The position numbers and the translations under genes were made by a program. The notes under the pieces were generated by a model. The model saw nothing but the letters and a program-made list of their open reading frames with translations. It was not told the origin of the DNA and searched no databases. Positions 34,252 to 46,010 of a DNA stretch of 64,000 nucleotides are shown here, in pieces. This DNA comes from Dudresnaya verticillata (taxonomy: Eukaryota): positions 1,116,001 to 1,180,000 of the forward strand of contig OZ374563.1 of NCBI GenBank assembly GCA_977862235.1, in the 5' to 3' direction. The number at the start of each line of letters is the position of its first letter. The stretch's first letter is position 1.

Positions 34252-35026
34252 TGTGGTGCAATCCACTCGGTAGAATTGAGGGTGCACCTCAGGCGGTTCG
34301 GGGGCCTGGCGGTAGCAGGCGAGGTAGTAGCGGTAGAGCAGGGGAGTAGCCCCGTAGTGCGACTGTAAAACACTACAAGACCGAGAAAGGGGGTTACCCT
34401 AGAAAGGAAGAGAAAACAGGGGAAAAATAAAGGAAAACAGGATTCTGTACGATGAAGAAGGGTAGCGGATGTACTGGAGTCCAGCCTAGAGAGGGAGTCG
34501 ATAGGGTAGGAGGGTACGTCTCGCTGGGCCCAAACTTAGCCGTTTACTGTATGAGGGCGCACCTCAGGGCCCTATTATACTATGTAGGAGGCGGGTGCGC
34601 CTTGGTGGCGGATTAAGGTAGTGGAAGGGGGGCGCGCCACTTGGCATTACGTGGCGCGCGCAATTCTATAATTATCTAAAAATATCAACTGTCAGCCTAG
34701 CGGTGGTGCGGCTGAAAGGTGCGCGCCAGAGAGGCGCACGTGTGCACGTGTATGCGTTGTCGCGTTGCGGGGCCATCCTTGCTGGCAGATGGCGCCGCGT
34801 ACTGTCAGGCCGGACGCCTTACAGAGGCATTTCCCCATTAGCATTGCTGGTGCGTGCGCGTGGTGCCAGAGCTCATTATAGAAATTGGCTCTGAGCTCAA
34901 TCACCCGCACAGCGGTTGATCCGCAGGAACCGGCCGCGGTGCGTTCGTCGTCCGCAGTCGCGTGAGCCGCAGGTGGCGGCATTATGAAGAATTCTTCAGC
35001 AGGGCGCCAAGGCGATTTGCGCCACA
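34252..35026 (-). repeat. 5' LTR of Gypsy A (775 bp)
   Basis: Partner of 22036-22811. Confidence 0.96.
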
Positions 35027-35865
35027 CAGACGTTGGATACGGAGGTACCTTGGGTCGAGACATGGAGGCTGGTGCACCCGGCGAACTCTCCGTGCAAGGT
35101 ACGTGGTCACCTTTTTTGCGCCTACGGTCCATCACCCTCCACGAGCTAGTTGCAGTCCGGCTGGCGTTGGAGGACTCTCTGATTCAGGCGCGTCTCTCTG
35201 GGGATCACTCGATTCTCCTCTTGCACGTAGACAATATGGGAGTTTTCCATATCCTATCCAATATGGTGTCAGCGAGCAAAGAGCTAATGCAGGAGCTCCG
35301 TCGTCTACACCAAGTGCTGATCACGATGAAGGTGACAATCCGGGCCAGTTGGTTACCGTCGGCTCTCAAAAAGCATGCCGACACACTGAGCAGAACCTGG
35401 AATCCCAGAGACCTAGCAGCGACGAAATGGTTGATGGAATCCGTCGCCACTTCACTACAACTGCAAACCGTGCGGCGCTATTGGCCCTTGGGCGAGGCTC
35501 CTGCCGCCCGCCATCGAGTAATAATGGCACAGTTCGACGAGCATTGGGCCGACGGACGCAGTCGGCTGTGGAATCCCCCGCCTCCGTGGATCTGGGCCAC
35601 GCGATGCAAGATCGAGAACGAGGGGGCCCATGGCGCCATCTTGGTGCCGTATTGGACCGGAGCACCATGGTTCGGAACCTTGAGGAGGCTCTCGCGCAAC
35701 GAACGAGTCATCGCTCCAGGCGCGGAGGCGCCCCTCTTCACCTCACCACGCGCGAACCCCGCCTGGGCTCTTCTGTTGGCCGAAGTAGGGAAACCACCGG
35801 ACAGGCACTACAGCGCCGTTTGGCCTCTGTCATCCCTGCGACTTTATCCGGGCGGGCGACCCTAA
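35027..35865 (+). pseudogene. YR element RNase H remainder plus DIRS-type adenine methyltransferase-like domain
   Basis: ITLHELVAV, HVDN and ADTLSR (RNase H). HW..RLWNPPPPWI..KI..AILVPYW..PWF (DIRS MT pattern). Confidence 0.85.
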
Positions 35866-36863
35866 GGCTTGCGAGGCACTGCATTTCAGAAACTACAAAT
35901 CGTTCTAAGACAAGTCAGTGGAACAAGTTCGCCAGCTACTGCGAACGAAACGGCCACAGTGCACTGCCCGCCGCACAAGGAACTGCTCTTGCCCACATTG
36001 GGTTCTTGTTCGAGAAAGATCGAGTACACGGCCGCTCTGTCGATCATTACATTTCGGCCGTCCGCACTCGACATCTCCGCGAAGGTCTTGATGACCCCTT
36101 CTCTGGAAACCATCACACGGACCTCATACGGGCCTTCAGACACCACGACAATCAACGCGGTGGATTGCAAGACGTTCGGGCGGCTATTCCTGCTTCCATC
36201 GTGGCTCAGATTCGTACCTTGGGCCTGCGAGCAACTGAAGGATCTCTTATCGAGTACTATGCTGCGCCTACTGAGTTGCAGTATGTGATGGCATGGCGAA
36301 AGAATACTGTCCGCACTGTTCAGCTACAGGACGTTTCGATGCGCTCCACCTCCAGTTCCTGCGGCAATATTGGCTTTCTGATGCTCTCTGCGCGCCCACG
36401 CTCTCTCAAGGGACGCCTTGTACGTGGTGTCGGGGCGTGTGACCTCACGTGTCGGCATCGTCCTCTCCGGTTCTCCGTCCGTATTCCATTGGCACTACAG
36501 TGGCGCTATGTCCAACGCCGAACGGCATGGAGCAGCCCGGAAGAACTCTATTGGACCTTTGCACATACTGAACTACGGCCACAGCTCGTCACTACTGCAC
36601 TTCAGGCCTGTCTCGGGGCCTTGCAAGTCATTCCTCCGCCATTCGCCTCTTACTCATCGCACAGCTTACGAAGCGGCTGCGTCACCGCTCTTGTACTACT
36701 CAATGTTCCATTAGCCCGCATCACGCAGAGAGGAGGGTGGCGCAACAGCCATATGGTCGTCAACGTCTATTATGATTCAAGGCTTCACTTGTCAACGGAA
36801 ATGGGTCACTATTTCTGGTCTCTCTTGGACTCATCCGGTCCGCGGATCCCGCACCCTCAATAA
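35030..36863 (+). CDS. Tyrosine recombinase ORF (recognisable YR domain about 35860-36863), overlapping the RH/MT frame
   Basis: WNKFASYC and YISAVRTRH (core-binding region). Catalytic-type residues in WR, SLKG, HSLRSG, RGGW and VYY. Confidence 0.9.
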
Positions 36864-36887
36864 GCTGCACTTCGTTACGGTTTCGGA

Positions 36888-37165
36888 TTTTCAGTTTGTG
36901 TCTCGATGCTTCTACACTGGTGAAAAGACCTTACTGGGGATAGCGAGCCCTGCCGAGCGTCCTGAAGCAGCAACAAACCGATACAGCATCTACTCGAAAG
37001 CGGTTTCTACGGGTCTGTGCAACTTTTAGCACTATATTTGGCACTTCACTGTTTGGGGCTGAACCATATGGTGTTACCAAATTTAGAGGTTCTGGAGAGG
37101 ATATAAGCACTACAGTCCAGCTTAGACAACCCCTCCGTCTGCCCTAAGTTCTTTCCTTCGTTCTC
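36888..37165 (+). repeat. YR element direct repeat A2
   Basis: Matches 19900-20177. Confidence 0.92.
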
Positions 37166-38427
37166 CCGCCCACCCACCCTTCATCTTTCTCGACTTCAAG
37201 TTCTTCCTTCGTTTCCATAATTTCTGTTGAGCATTCTTGCTGTTTGTTGTTAGTCATTGCATTCGACTACTCTTCTTCTGCAACAATAAAAGTAGTCATT
37301 TCCTTTTCATTAAAATAAAGGTTGAGCTCTCAGATTCATCGAACAGCGATGCAGATTTGCGTCCTGTAAGATATGAGTTGCCTTATATCTTACTGGCCGG
37401 GTGAGAAAAGCCCTTGCAATGTAGCAACACCGTAGGACTGTCCGTTACTGTATTCCGCACGACCTGATACTGTTGATATGCTTTGCTTCCAACAACCTGG
37501 AAGCAAACTATGAGTGTTCCAAGGCAGGGGCGAACGACTTGTGTCAACTCTGTAGGCCAAAACTCTTCTACTAAGGGTAAGACTATGTCGCTTAACCGCC
37601 CGAGTGGCCTCCTGAGCGTCTCCGAAGAGTAAAATACTCGGGAGGGGGCGACGCAGCAGGGAGGGAGAGAGAGCGTGCGTGCGAAGTGAACAACAGAGCG
37701 TGCGAAAGCGAAAGCGGGCAAGAGCGTTATTAAAGCGCGGCTAGTTGTAACACAGTTTATCAATTATCCTCTTGTATTTCTCGGAAGTGGAAGCGTTTCT
37801 ATGTAGCGTCCGTCTGTGGAGGCTAAGTAGTTTTGTGATGTTCGCCGCCGCCGAGAGCTTGCGCGCGAGCCCGCACAGAAGGCTGTTCTACAAGAGATAA
37901 TTTGTGCAATCTTACCAGACTCTGTCATTTCTCCCACGAGGTTGCAAGGTTCAGACTCGGAACGCCGCAGAACTTTGTGCTGGATACAGCAGCCAGCTCC
38001 GCGAGCTGCTTCCAGCCTCCTGCTGCCATCATTGACCGCCCCCAGCAATCTCTTCGTATATCTCGGCCGATCTCCCTCGCATCTGGCAGTGCGCAGCTGG
38101 CAGGGTGTGTGCATTTTGTGCTTGCTCGTCGTGTCGTAAGAACTTCGTAGCGTATGTTCTAGAAGGTACTGTAAGAAAAATGGGTCCGTAGGTTTAGTAT
38201 AAAATCATGCCTCCGTCACCCTCACCAATCTGAGTTGCTCGCCACCATTGCCCTGCGCCCCTTCGACATCATTCTTCACCCCTTCCAAACAAAAAACCAA
38301 CCCGAACCTCACCATGCCCCGTCTCTTCCTCCTCCTCCTCTGTCGCTCAACTTGGGCAGGTATAGAGGACTTCGAGCGAAGTCAATCTGTCCCAGCCTTG
38401 GCCGGAGATTATAAATGGGTGGTCAAG

Positions 38428-39068
38428 TGTAGTAGAATGGCTTTCAAGCCAGAGTAGACGGCCACACAGTACGACAGCTGTCCTGAAAGCGTGATCACAC
38501 TCGCGTGGTTGGTAGCTCCAAAAGGGGTGGTAGAGACTTGAGAGGGCGGTAAGCCCTGCAAAAGAGGGGGAAAAGGGAAGGCGAACCGTACTGCTTAGAG
38601 CAGTCGTCGTAGGTAGCACGGCTTGTAAACGCCTAACGGGGGTTGTAGCGGTGATACCGTGAGAGCCCAACAAAAGGGAAAAAAGCCCAAGGCACACACC
38701 GCTGCCCATTTATTGCGGGGCCCCTGCTACTCAGGGGCCTAATAAATACGGCGGGAGCCGAAAAGGTACTACCCGCTCAGTTAGAGCTATAATGCTAACA
38801 GTGAGCTAATACTGTACACTAACAGTTACACTAGCGATTAAAAATAGGAATGAGCGGTCATACCGCTTCCGTACGTACGGCGCCATTGTAAGGCGCCACG
38901 CCCAAAATAGACGTGCCATCATGGCGTGTATCCACCACTCAGCGCGCATCGTGCTCACGTAGTTAATTGTCCAATGGCGAGCAGCCATCTCACTCCTGTA
39001 TCCCCCGCCTTACAGGCGTCGCGTGTACACGTGGCTCCTTACAGCGCCCCAGCGCTCGTTATACCACA
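38428..39068 (-). repeat. 3' LTR of Gypsy B (641 bp)
   Basis: Imperfect inverted termini tgtagtagaa...ttataccaca, followed by the PPT complement cggcccccttctt. Confidence 0.8.
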
Positions 39069-39626
39069 CGGCCCCCTTCTTAGAACTGAGCGACCGCGCT
39101 CAGTAAGGAGCTGTACAGCGATGCTGTTTCCAAAGGCTATAGCCGTTTGAGATTGAGATTGCGATCCTGTGATCCATTCATTGACCCAGCGAGAACGTTT
39201 TGCAAACGCCTCCCAGCGCCTCGTCTCGACGAGGCGCTAGGTCACTGTGTGCACGGCTTGAGCCGTCGGCGTCGGCTCGACCGGTATCGATTGCGCGAAA
39301 CGCCAGACGGGCGCGCGGTTATTTCAATGTCGGCTTGCAGCCGTCTTCTCGCTTTCGGTGCCCACACCCCTCAACAGCCGTCGCTCTTCACCTGACCGCC
39401 CGGCTCTTCTCTCATCGCATCCGCCCCGCTTGAGCGATTTCATCATCCACACTGCGGTTCTCACCGTTGCATAACGGCGCCCAGCGTTGAGCCCTACGAC
39501 CTCCGCCGTGCGCGCCCCGCTCTTCCCGGCTCACAGCCGTTTTCTCAGGTCGTGCTCGCCAGTCGTTGGACTCGGCTCTGGAGCCAACGTTCAGGCAGAA
39601 GAACGGCTTCCGCGCCGTAGAAGTAA

Positions 39627-42600
39627 TCAATAAGCCGTTACCGTTTTCAATGATATCGCTCGAGTGAGCTTTGAGAAGCGGTCCGTCATCACGAGCAGAT
39701 ACTCGTTGCCCTTGCTCGATCGAGGTAGCGGTCCTAGGATATAAATCCCCACGAACTCTAGCGGCATTGTAGCCGGAAACAACTTCATATGAGAAGCGTG
39801 TTGTCGTAACTGAACACGTTCCTGTGCACATTTCACACAGTTTCGAACTGTGACATATACTGCGAGAGCCATGCCAGGCCAGAATACTTGTCGTCGCAAG
39901 TTATGATACATCCTTGTCCCACCGGGGTGACCGGCCATCTCCGGGTAGTGCGCGAGATGTAGGACCCGTTCTTGAAGGACTCTAGGTATCACTACCTGTA
40001 GTATCTTGTCTATATAAGGCCGTCGGACTATCAATCCTCGTTCATCTTCCAGATAGCAGCCTGGCCTTCCGGATTCAATGGCGAGTTTGATACCCATACA
40101 GAATTGATCGATTCGCTGAGAGCGAAGATTTTCCTCCACGGTGAGCAGAGAAAGACTCTTTTCGTCCACTTCTTTCTCAGCCACGTTGGCTATTAATTGT
40201 TCATCCTCGAGTAGCAACTCGACTGAGTCGTCCTCGGGTTCCACCTCCCAGACCTCCAAAGGTCGGGGCGGGGTATCCGTTCGCGAATCTCTTTCAGCCG
40301 AAAGGTCACGAAGGTCAGAGCGATCGTTGTCAGCGATTATAAAGCAAGGAATCTCCAGATCTGGTTCCCAGCTGGTAAAACCATAAGTAGGTAATCGAGA
40401 GACGGCATCAGCTATCTGATTCTTCTTTCCCTTACGGTATTGAACCGTGAAGTCGTATTCGAGGAGTCGTAAGCGCCAACGTGCTAATCGTCCGGATGCA
40501 TCCGCCATACTCATCATCCACTTGAGCGCCTGGTGGTCGGTGTACAAGTCAAAATGAGACCTTTCTAAATATGGTCTAAGCATTTGCGTGGCCCAGACCA
40601 CCGCGAGGCATTCCTTCTCGCCGACGGAGTAATTCCGTTCCGCCTGAGTCAAGGCTCGGCTCCAAAAGCCGATAGGGTGGCGGGTTCCGTCTGGTTCCAT
40701 TTGCATAAGGGCACACCCTATCTGATAGTCACAAGCGTCGGTGTCCACCGATAGAGGTCTATCTTCTTTCGGAAGTCGGAGAATCGGTGGCGCTATGAGC
40801 GCCTTTTTCAGTAACTCGAACGCTTCGCGTTGCTTTTCATCAAACGGAGGTAGTTCGAATCCCACATCCTTCTGAAGAAGTCTATTAAGCGGCGATGCAA
40901 CTCGTGCGAAGTTCGGCACAAAGCGTCTGTAGCCGTTACACAACCCGATGAACGATCGTAGTTGAGTCTGAGTCTTAGGTTCTTTGAAGCCTTCAATGGC
41001 TTGGGTATTCTTCGTAGCTACTTCCAGTAGTCCAGGCCTGATCACGTGGCCAAGGTAATCCACACTCTTCGTGAAGATGTTGCACTTCTTGAGCTTGAGC
41101 GATACTCCCGCTTCTTTCAATACTGAGAGTATTTCTTGAACATGACCTAAGTGTTCGTGGACACTCTTTGAGAAGATTATGATATCATCCAAGTAGACGA
41201 GACAGGATTTCCATCGGTAACCCGATAACAGGATATCAACGGTTCTCTGAAAGGTCGCCGGCGCGTTGCACAATCCGAATGGCATTCGGCAGAACTGGAA
41301 ACAACCTGCATGACAGGTAAACGCTGTTTTGGCCTTATCTTCTGCTGCTACGGGTATTTGCCAGTAGCCCGAATTACAATCGAGAGTTGTAAAGTACTGG
41401 GCGTCGCCCAATGAGTCTAAACACTCATCCATTCTAGGTAGAGGATATGAATCCTTAATTGTGATCGCATTCAGTTTCCTGTAATCGACAGAGAAACGGA
41501 GAGATCCGTCAGGCTTCTTAACCAGCACTACTGGGATTGCAAACTCCGAACGCGCAGGCTCTATGACTCCTTCCTTGAGCATCTTATCGACTTCGTCTTG
41601 TTCCGCTTGTCGCGATTTCGGTCCTGGCCGATATGGTTGGGCGAATACGGGTTTGGAACCGTCAGTAAGCTCGATGCGATGCTCTGTGACTTGGATGGTC
41701 CCGACCTTTCCGCTCCACATGTCAGCGAACGGTCGTAGCATTTTGCGGACGCGACGTCTGTCAGACGCACAGAGGTGTTCCAGTGTCAGGTCGTCAACCG
41801 TTAGGTTTTCGGTAGCGGTTTTAACGCCTGGCTTCGAGTCGGCAACGCCGAGAGCAGCAGCTAGCCCTGCCCCCTACATCGAAGGATGTTTCTGACTTAG
41901 GACTCGAGTCTTTCGACGTCGGGACTGGGGTGTCAGGGACATTGTCGATGGAAACCGAATAGACCGGCGTGGCCGTAGGAGCTGGGATGGCTCGGCCAAT
42001 TACTTGGTTCTTTTTGAGTCGCTGTACGCGGGATGAAAAGTTGGCGATCTTTACGCGGAAAAGAACGTTCTCTTGAAGCGTGACGATTCCGTTCGTGACG
42101 ACCACTTGTTGACGGTCATACAGCCATTGAAAATAATCCAGGAAGTGAATTCCTTTAGCCGCACACGTGACGGCGACCCAGGTTTCCGAACCGGGTTTCA
42201 AATTAGTAGTGAGGGCAACTCTGACGAGTCGCGAGTTAGGTAGAGGAGATACCTCCATAGGTTCTCCAGAGCTTTCAGCTCGCGGGATTCCGCAGCGGCG
42301 GCGTAGAATCGGGTGCACCGAGCCGTCTCGAAGGACGACGTGTTCCTTGCGCACTCGTAACCCGTCGACGTGGGTATCGATATAGGTACAACCCAAAATC
42401 ATATCCACGGCTAAAGCCTTGACTACGACGAACGGTTGACGAACCGTATAGGTCCCAATCCTGACGACCAGGGAGATAATCCCCAAGGTAGTTAATCGGT
42501 GGCTTGATGCTGAGGTTAAGTTAACGATCGAGCGGTTCGATGAAATCTTCTTTCTGTCTTCCAAAGATAGCACATCTGCTCTGATGAGGTTAGGGCCCGC

Positions 42601-42921
42601 ACCCGTGTCCAGTACTGAGAGGACTTGAGTTAAATGTTCAACAGAGGTCCCAACGGACGCGACAACTTTATAGTTGTATCGCGAGAGAGAGCAGATTGGG
42701 TCCTTAACATACTCATGATACTTAGACCCGGGGGGTAAGCCCACGGGGCGTGCTAATATCTTCTTTGGAAGAAGAGGCGGAAGTTTCGGTGACACCGATC
42801 GGTCGGTTGAGGAAGCGCTTAGGAAGTCACATTCCTCCGAACGATCGGGGGGTTCCGATATGACTGATACGACCGGAGTCGCCCAGTGAACCGAAACCGG
42901 TTCCCCCCTAGCTAGTTTTTC
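39627..42921 (-). pseudogene. Gypsy B pol (protease, RT, RNase H, N-terminal integrase) with a frameshift near 41870 and truncation at about 39630
   Basis: Motifs LDTGA, VDYRKLN, YLDD, TDAC and H..GH..CVKC. Ends shortly after TDRFSK. Confidence 0.92.
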
Positions 42922-45629
42922 GGCCTACTAGCAGGAGACCGCGTTAGTGGTGGAGGTGGCGGAAGGGTTCGGGACCCTGGTCTTGGCGAGCGTGGCGCCG
43001 TCGGTTGCTGTCGCGGCGCGTCCACTGGGTGGTTCAGCCCTCCTTGAAATTGGACATGGGTATTTCTACCGGGGGCCGGCCCCAAATTTTGGGGAGGCCC
43101 TCTCGATGGCCCTGCTCCACGTCCTGACGATGCATAATCGTGATGCTCCGTGCGGGTGTTCCCGTTTGCAAATTCGGGCAGGGGCCCGATGGTGGCTAAC
43201 CATGCCTTCTGTTCGCGGGACAGTTGGTAAAACTGCTGGCGTTTTAAAGCTTCAAATGACGGTTCATCCGTACGAGCCAAATAGGGGCAATTAGGCTTTT
43301 TATGACCTACGCCAAGACACTCAAAGCAGATGTCGTTTGGCATGTCCTCGACAGTCACCCATCCCGGACGTTGAGTCCTCGTAGGTTGTGCCCATGCAGG
43401 TAGCCTGTTATTGTAGTTCTGAAGAACGGCGTCGACTTCTCCGTAGTACGGCCGGGTGCTTGGCACACCCGACCCCGTGTCTGATTGGGTTACTGTAGAG
43501 GGTGGCGCTTCGCTATCAATGGCTGCTACGACAGCGTTTTCACTGTCCGCGTCAGAACTAGTGCTCTTTGAGGTATCCGAATCCGAGGACCGTTGAGTCC
43601 TATTTTGACGAATGAGGAGGGCGCGTCCTGACTTGTAAGTCTTTACCCGAGCCAGAGTTTTGTGAGGTAGCGCTGAGCTCGCTTTCCGAAGACGTCCGCC
43701 ACCCGCTAGGGCGCGGTGTGAATCTCCTTGCGCTGTCGCCAGCTCCACATACTCCGCCAATCGCGCAGAGCGAGGATCCAAAGCCGACGTACTCAAGAGT
43801 GGTTTGACCGCTGGTAGTAATCCACGTATAAAACGAGTTATCAAGTCCTGTTCGGAGTAGACTCCAGCGACCTTTCGCGCCTTGTTTTGCAGACGTCTAG
43901 AAAACGAAACTTCATCCTCGGCCGACTTTTGAGTCATCATATCCATTTGTGAAGAAATCTTCTCGATGTATACATCCTTGGCGGAGGTACGCAGAAGATA
44001 ATTGATGACTTCCGGCCATTCGTTGAATCCGCCTTTATCGTCTCCGGCTGCATCAAAGTTCGCCTCGAACATGTCCTTTGCATCCTTTTCAAGGAACTCG
44101 GGTATGAACAGGATGGCCGCACCTTCACTCACTTGAGCTTGATCAAGCTGTCGCTTTAAGGTGGCTAGAAAGCCAATAATAGCAACAGGGTCACTCCCAT
44201 CGAATCTTCGACTCCTCATCACGGATTTAATCCGTTTAATCTTCTTCGAAGTGGCTTCGGTCACCTCGGGTCCTCGATATGAATCGAAGTTCAGCAACCG
44301 ATATCTCCTGTATGAAAGGACCTGGGTAAAAGCAGGGTTTCGCGGAGTTAACTCCTTGATTCCCGCTCGTCGGGGTCCTCGCCAGGAACTGCAGGAAGGT
44401 CTGGAGAGGCCTCTAGACGTCGGTTCGTCCTCATCCGATTGCATCGGGGTATGATGCAAGTGGCTTTGACGTTGTTCGTCCAACCTATGGCTAGAGAGCC
44501 GGTCTTGTCGGGAGTCCTTGGGATTGCGGCATGCGTTTGATCCGTGAGCTGTCCGGCAATCACACCGGCGGTGTTCAGACCTCCCACGACCAAAGTCGTC
44601 GTTCCCGGACTCAACATCCGAGTTTCGTCTGGGAGATGTCCTGCGACGGTCCCTCGTACCACGGGGCACAGGGGAGCGTCGCCGCTCGACCTCGGGGAGT
44701 AAATCCCTCTCGCGGCTAAGTCGCCGCATCTTTGCTTCCAGCAATGACACCTTCCGCTTTTCTGCATCAAGCTCTTGTCTTAAGAGTTCGATCGCTCTGT
44801 CTTGTTCGACACACCTTGTGTCGTCTACGTTTCTACGAACGTCTTCTATAGCCATTACGGCTTCCTCTCGAGTGAGGTCGGTAACCTTGGTAAGCGTATG
44901 GAGATTTCCATGGACGGCGTCCAACTGGTCGCCCAGTGAATCAACCTGTGCTTGCAGGGTTTCGACCCTTTCTTCTTCCAATCCTCTTGAAAGAGGACCT
45001 TGTTGGAATCGAGATACGATCTCTTGTTGACACTTAGCCAACAGGCGGTCGTCACGGCGCGCCGACGCCTCGTCGAAATATCTCTTCACCTTTGAAAAGG
45101 TATCATCGGCTTGGCTTTCCAGGAGCGCTACAACGCTCGTCATTAATGACCGTTCGATTCCCAATTCGACCAGGCGCCCTATTTCACGTTCCGTAAAGCA
45201 GCGCGCACCCGACGAATTGTAATTCGTTCTTGGCGGCGGCCCCACGTCCGGGGTCGCCGAGTTTTCTTCTTCTAGGGCACGTCCACCCTCGGCTTGTAGA
45301 CTGGCTAAAGCCATGGATGGCGGCATCGTTTCAGGGTTCGAACCCAAATTCTCCCCGATGTCAGCGGGGAGATCTCCGACGGTTCGAACCGTATTTTCTC
45401 CTTCCGGGACCAGATACACACCTGGCCCCGGGACTTCTTCTCCAGCCGGGGCGTCCGTCGTTCTTGGCGGACGTCCCGGCTCATCCGTTTCCGGATTTCT
45501 TATAAGGGCGGTTGAAACCGCGCGCGTGCGAGCCCCAATCGTCCTTATGGATGCAAGAATGCCAGTCTGGCTAGATCCACGGCTCGTTATCCCGGGCCGG
45601 GTAGTGTCGCCATTAGATGTTGGCATCAT
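42912..45629 (-). CDS. gag: Gypsy B gag (905 aa) with coiled coil and CCHC knuckle
   Basis: CFECLGVGHKKPNC. Shares LSYR.YRL, F.G.DPV and RPGW blocks with Gypsy A gag. Confidence 0.9.
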   Translation of the reverse strand: MMPTSNGDTTRPGITSRGSSQTGILASIRTIGARTRAVSTALIRNPETDEPGRPPRTTDAPAGEEVPGPGVYLVPEGENTVRTVGDLPADIGENLGSNPETMPPSMALASLQAEGGRALEEENSATPDVGPPPRTNYNSSGARCFTEREIGRLVELGIERSLMTSVVALLESQADDTFSKVKRYFDEASARRDDRLLAKCQQEIVSRFQQGPLSRGLEEERVETLQAQVDSLGDQLDAVHGNLHTLTKVTDLTREEAVMAIEDVRRNVDDTRCVEQDRAIELLRQELDAEKRKVSLLEAKMRRLSRERDLLPEVERRRSPVPRGTRDRRRTSPRRNSDVESGNDDFGRGRSEHRRCDCRTAHGSNACRNPKDSRQDRLSSHRLDEQRQSHLHHTPMQSDEDEPTSRGLSRPSCSSWRGPRRAGIKELTPRNPAFTQVLSYRRYRLLNFDSYRGPEVTEATSKKIKRIKSVMRSRRFDGSDPVAIIGFLATLKRQLDQAQVSEGAAILFIPEFLEKDAKDMFEANFDAAGDDKGGFNEWPEVINYLLRTSAKDVYIEKISSQMDMMTQKSAEDEVSFSRRLQNKARKVAGVYSEQDLITRFIRGLLPAVKPLLSTSALDPRSARLAEYVELATAQGDSHRALAGGGRLRKASSALPHKTLARVKTYKSGRALLIRQNRTQRSSDSDTSKSTSSDADSENAVVAAIDSEAPPSTVTQSDTGSGVPSTRPYYGEVDAVLQNYNNRLPAWAQPTRTQRPGWVTVEDMPNDICFECLGVGHKKPNCPYLARTDEPSFEALKRQQFYQLSREQKAWLATIGPLPEFANGNTRTEHHDYASSGRGAGPSRGPPQNLGPAPGRNTHVQFQGGLNHPVDAPRQQPTAPRSPRPGSRTLPPPPPLTRSPASRPKN

Positions 45630-46010
45630 CTTGGAATTTTCGGCTCTGCCGACGAGACAACGGGGACTTCTTCCCAGGCTTCTCGACGGTTCGGAACCGT
45701 AGCGTTACACGTGTTTTCTCAGGATGCACGGAAAACCTGTTGAAGTAGCTCAACCCGGGCGTCAGTCCGGCGTTGAAAGGTACTTCTATCGACGGTCAAA
45801 AACCGTAAACGTAGTTTGCTTGCTCACAAGATTTGACGTAACTCCGGAGCTTGAAATAAAGCACAGAAACCGTCGACAATTAGACGACTAGGGGTTTACC
45901 CTTCGAGAGGAAGAATTCTTGAAACTTCAACGGACTAACCGTCCTGTCTTGAGCGTCTTGATTCGACCCGTCGGGGGTAAGGTAGAAAAAGCGTCAACCC
46001 AGAGAACTTG

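Larger units (their letters stand above)
22036..35026 (-). mobile_element. Full-length Ty3/Gypsy chromovirus A (~13 kb) nested in the YR element
   Basis: TG..CA LTRs, 5-bp TSD caaac/cagac (1 mismatch), PBS, PPT, and gag-PR-RT-RH-IN-chromodomain order. Confidence 0.96.
19899..37309 (+). mobile_element. DIRS/PAT-like tyrosine-recombinase retrotransposon (~4.4 kb after removing the nested Gypsy element)
   Basis: Contains ORF1, RT (WLDD), RNase H (HTDAADVGYGG rebuilt across the insertion), an MT-like NPP motif and YR. It has 278-bp direct repeats and cttttca at both ends. Confidence 0.9.

Noticed and set aside
22036..35026. Gypsy A was already defective and mobilised in trans
   Set aside because: One LTR indel and a TSD mismatch imply enough age for a handful of internal lesions in 11 kb, so post-insertion decay is sufficient.
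34962..35026. LTR-derived N-termini fused to the YR and RNase H ORFs as new chimeric genes
   Set aside because: These are ORF-caller extensions into the LTR. The true frames continue from 22035 on the other side of the insertion.
37310..38427. Short ORFs between the YR element and Gypsy B
   Set aside because: No motifs, homologs within the window or coding-like consistency.
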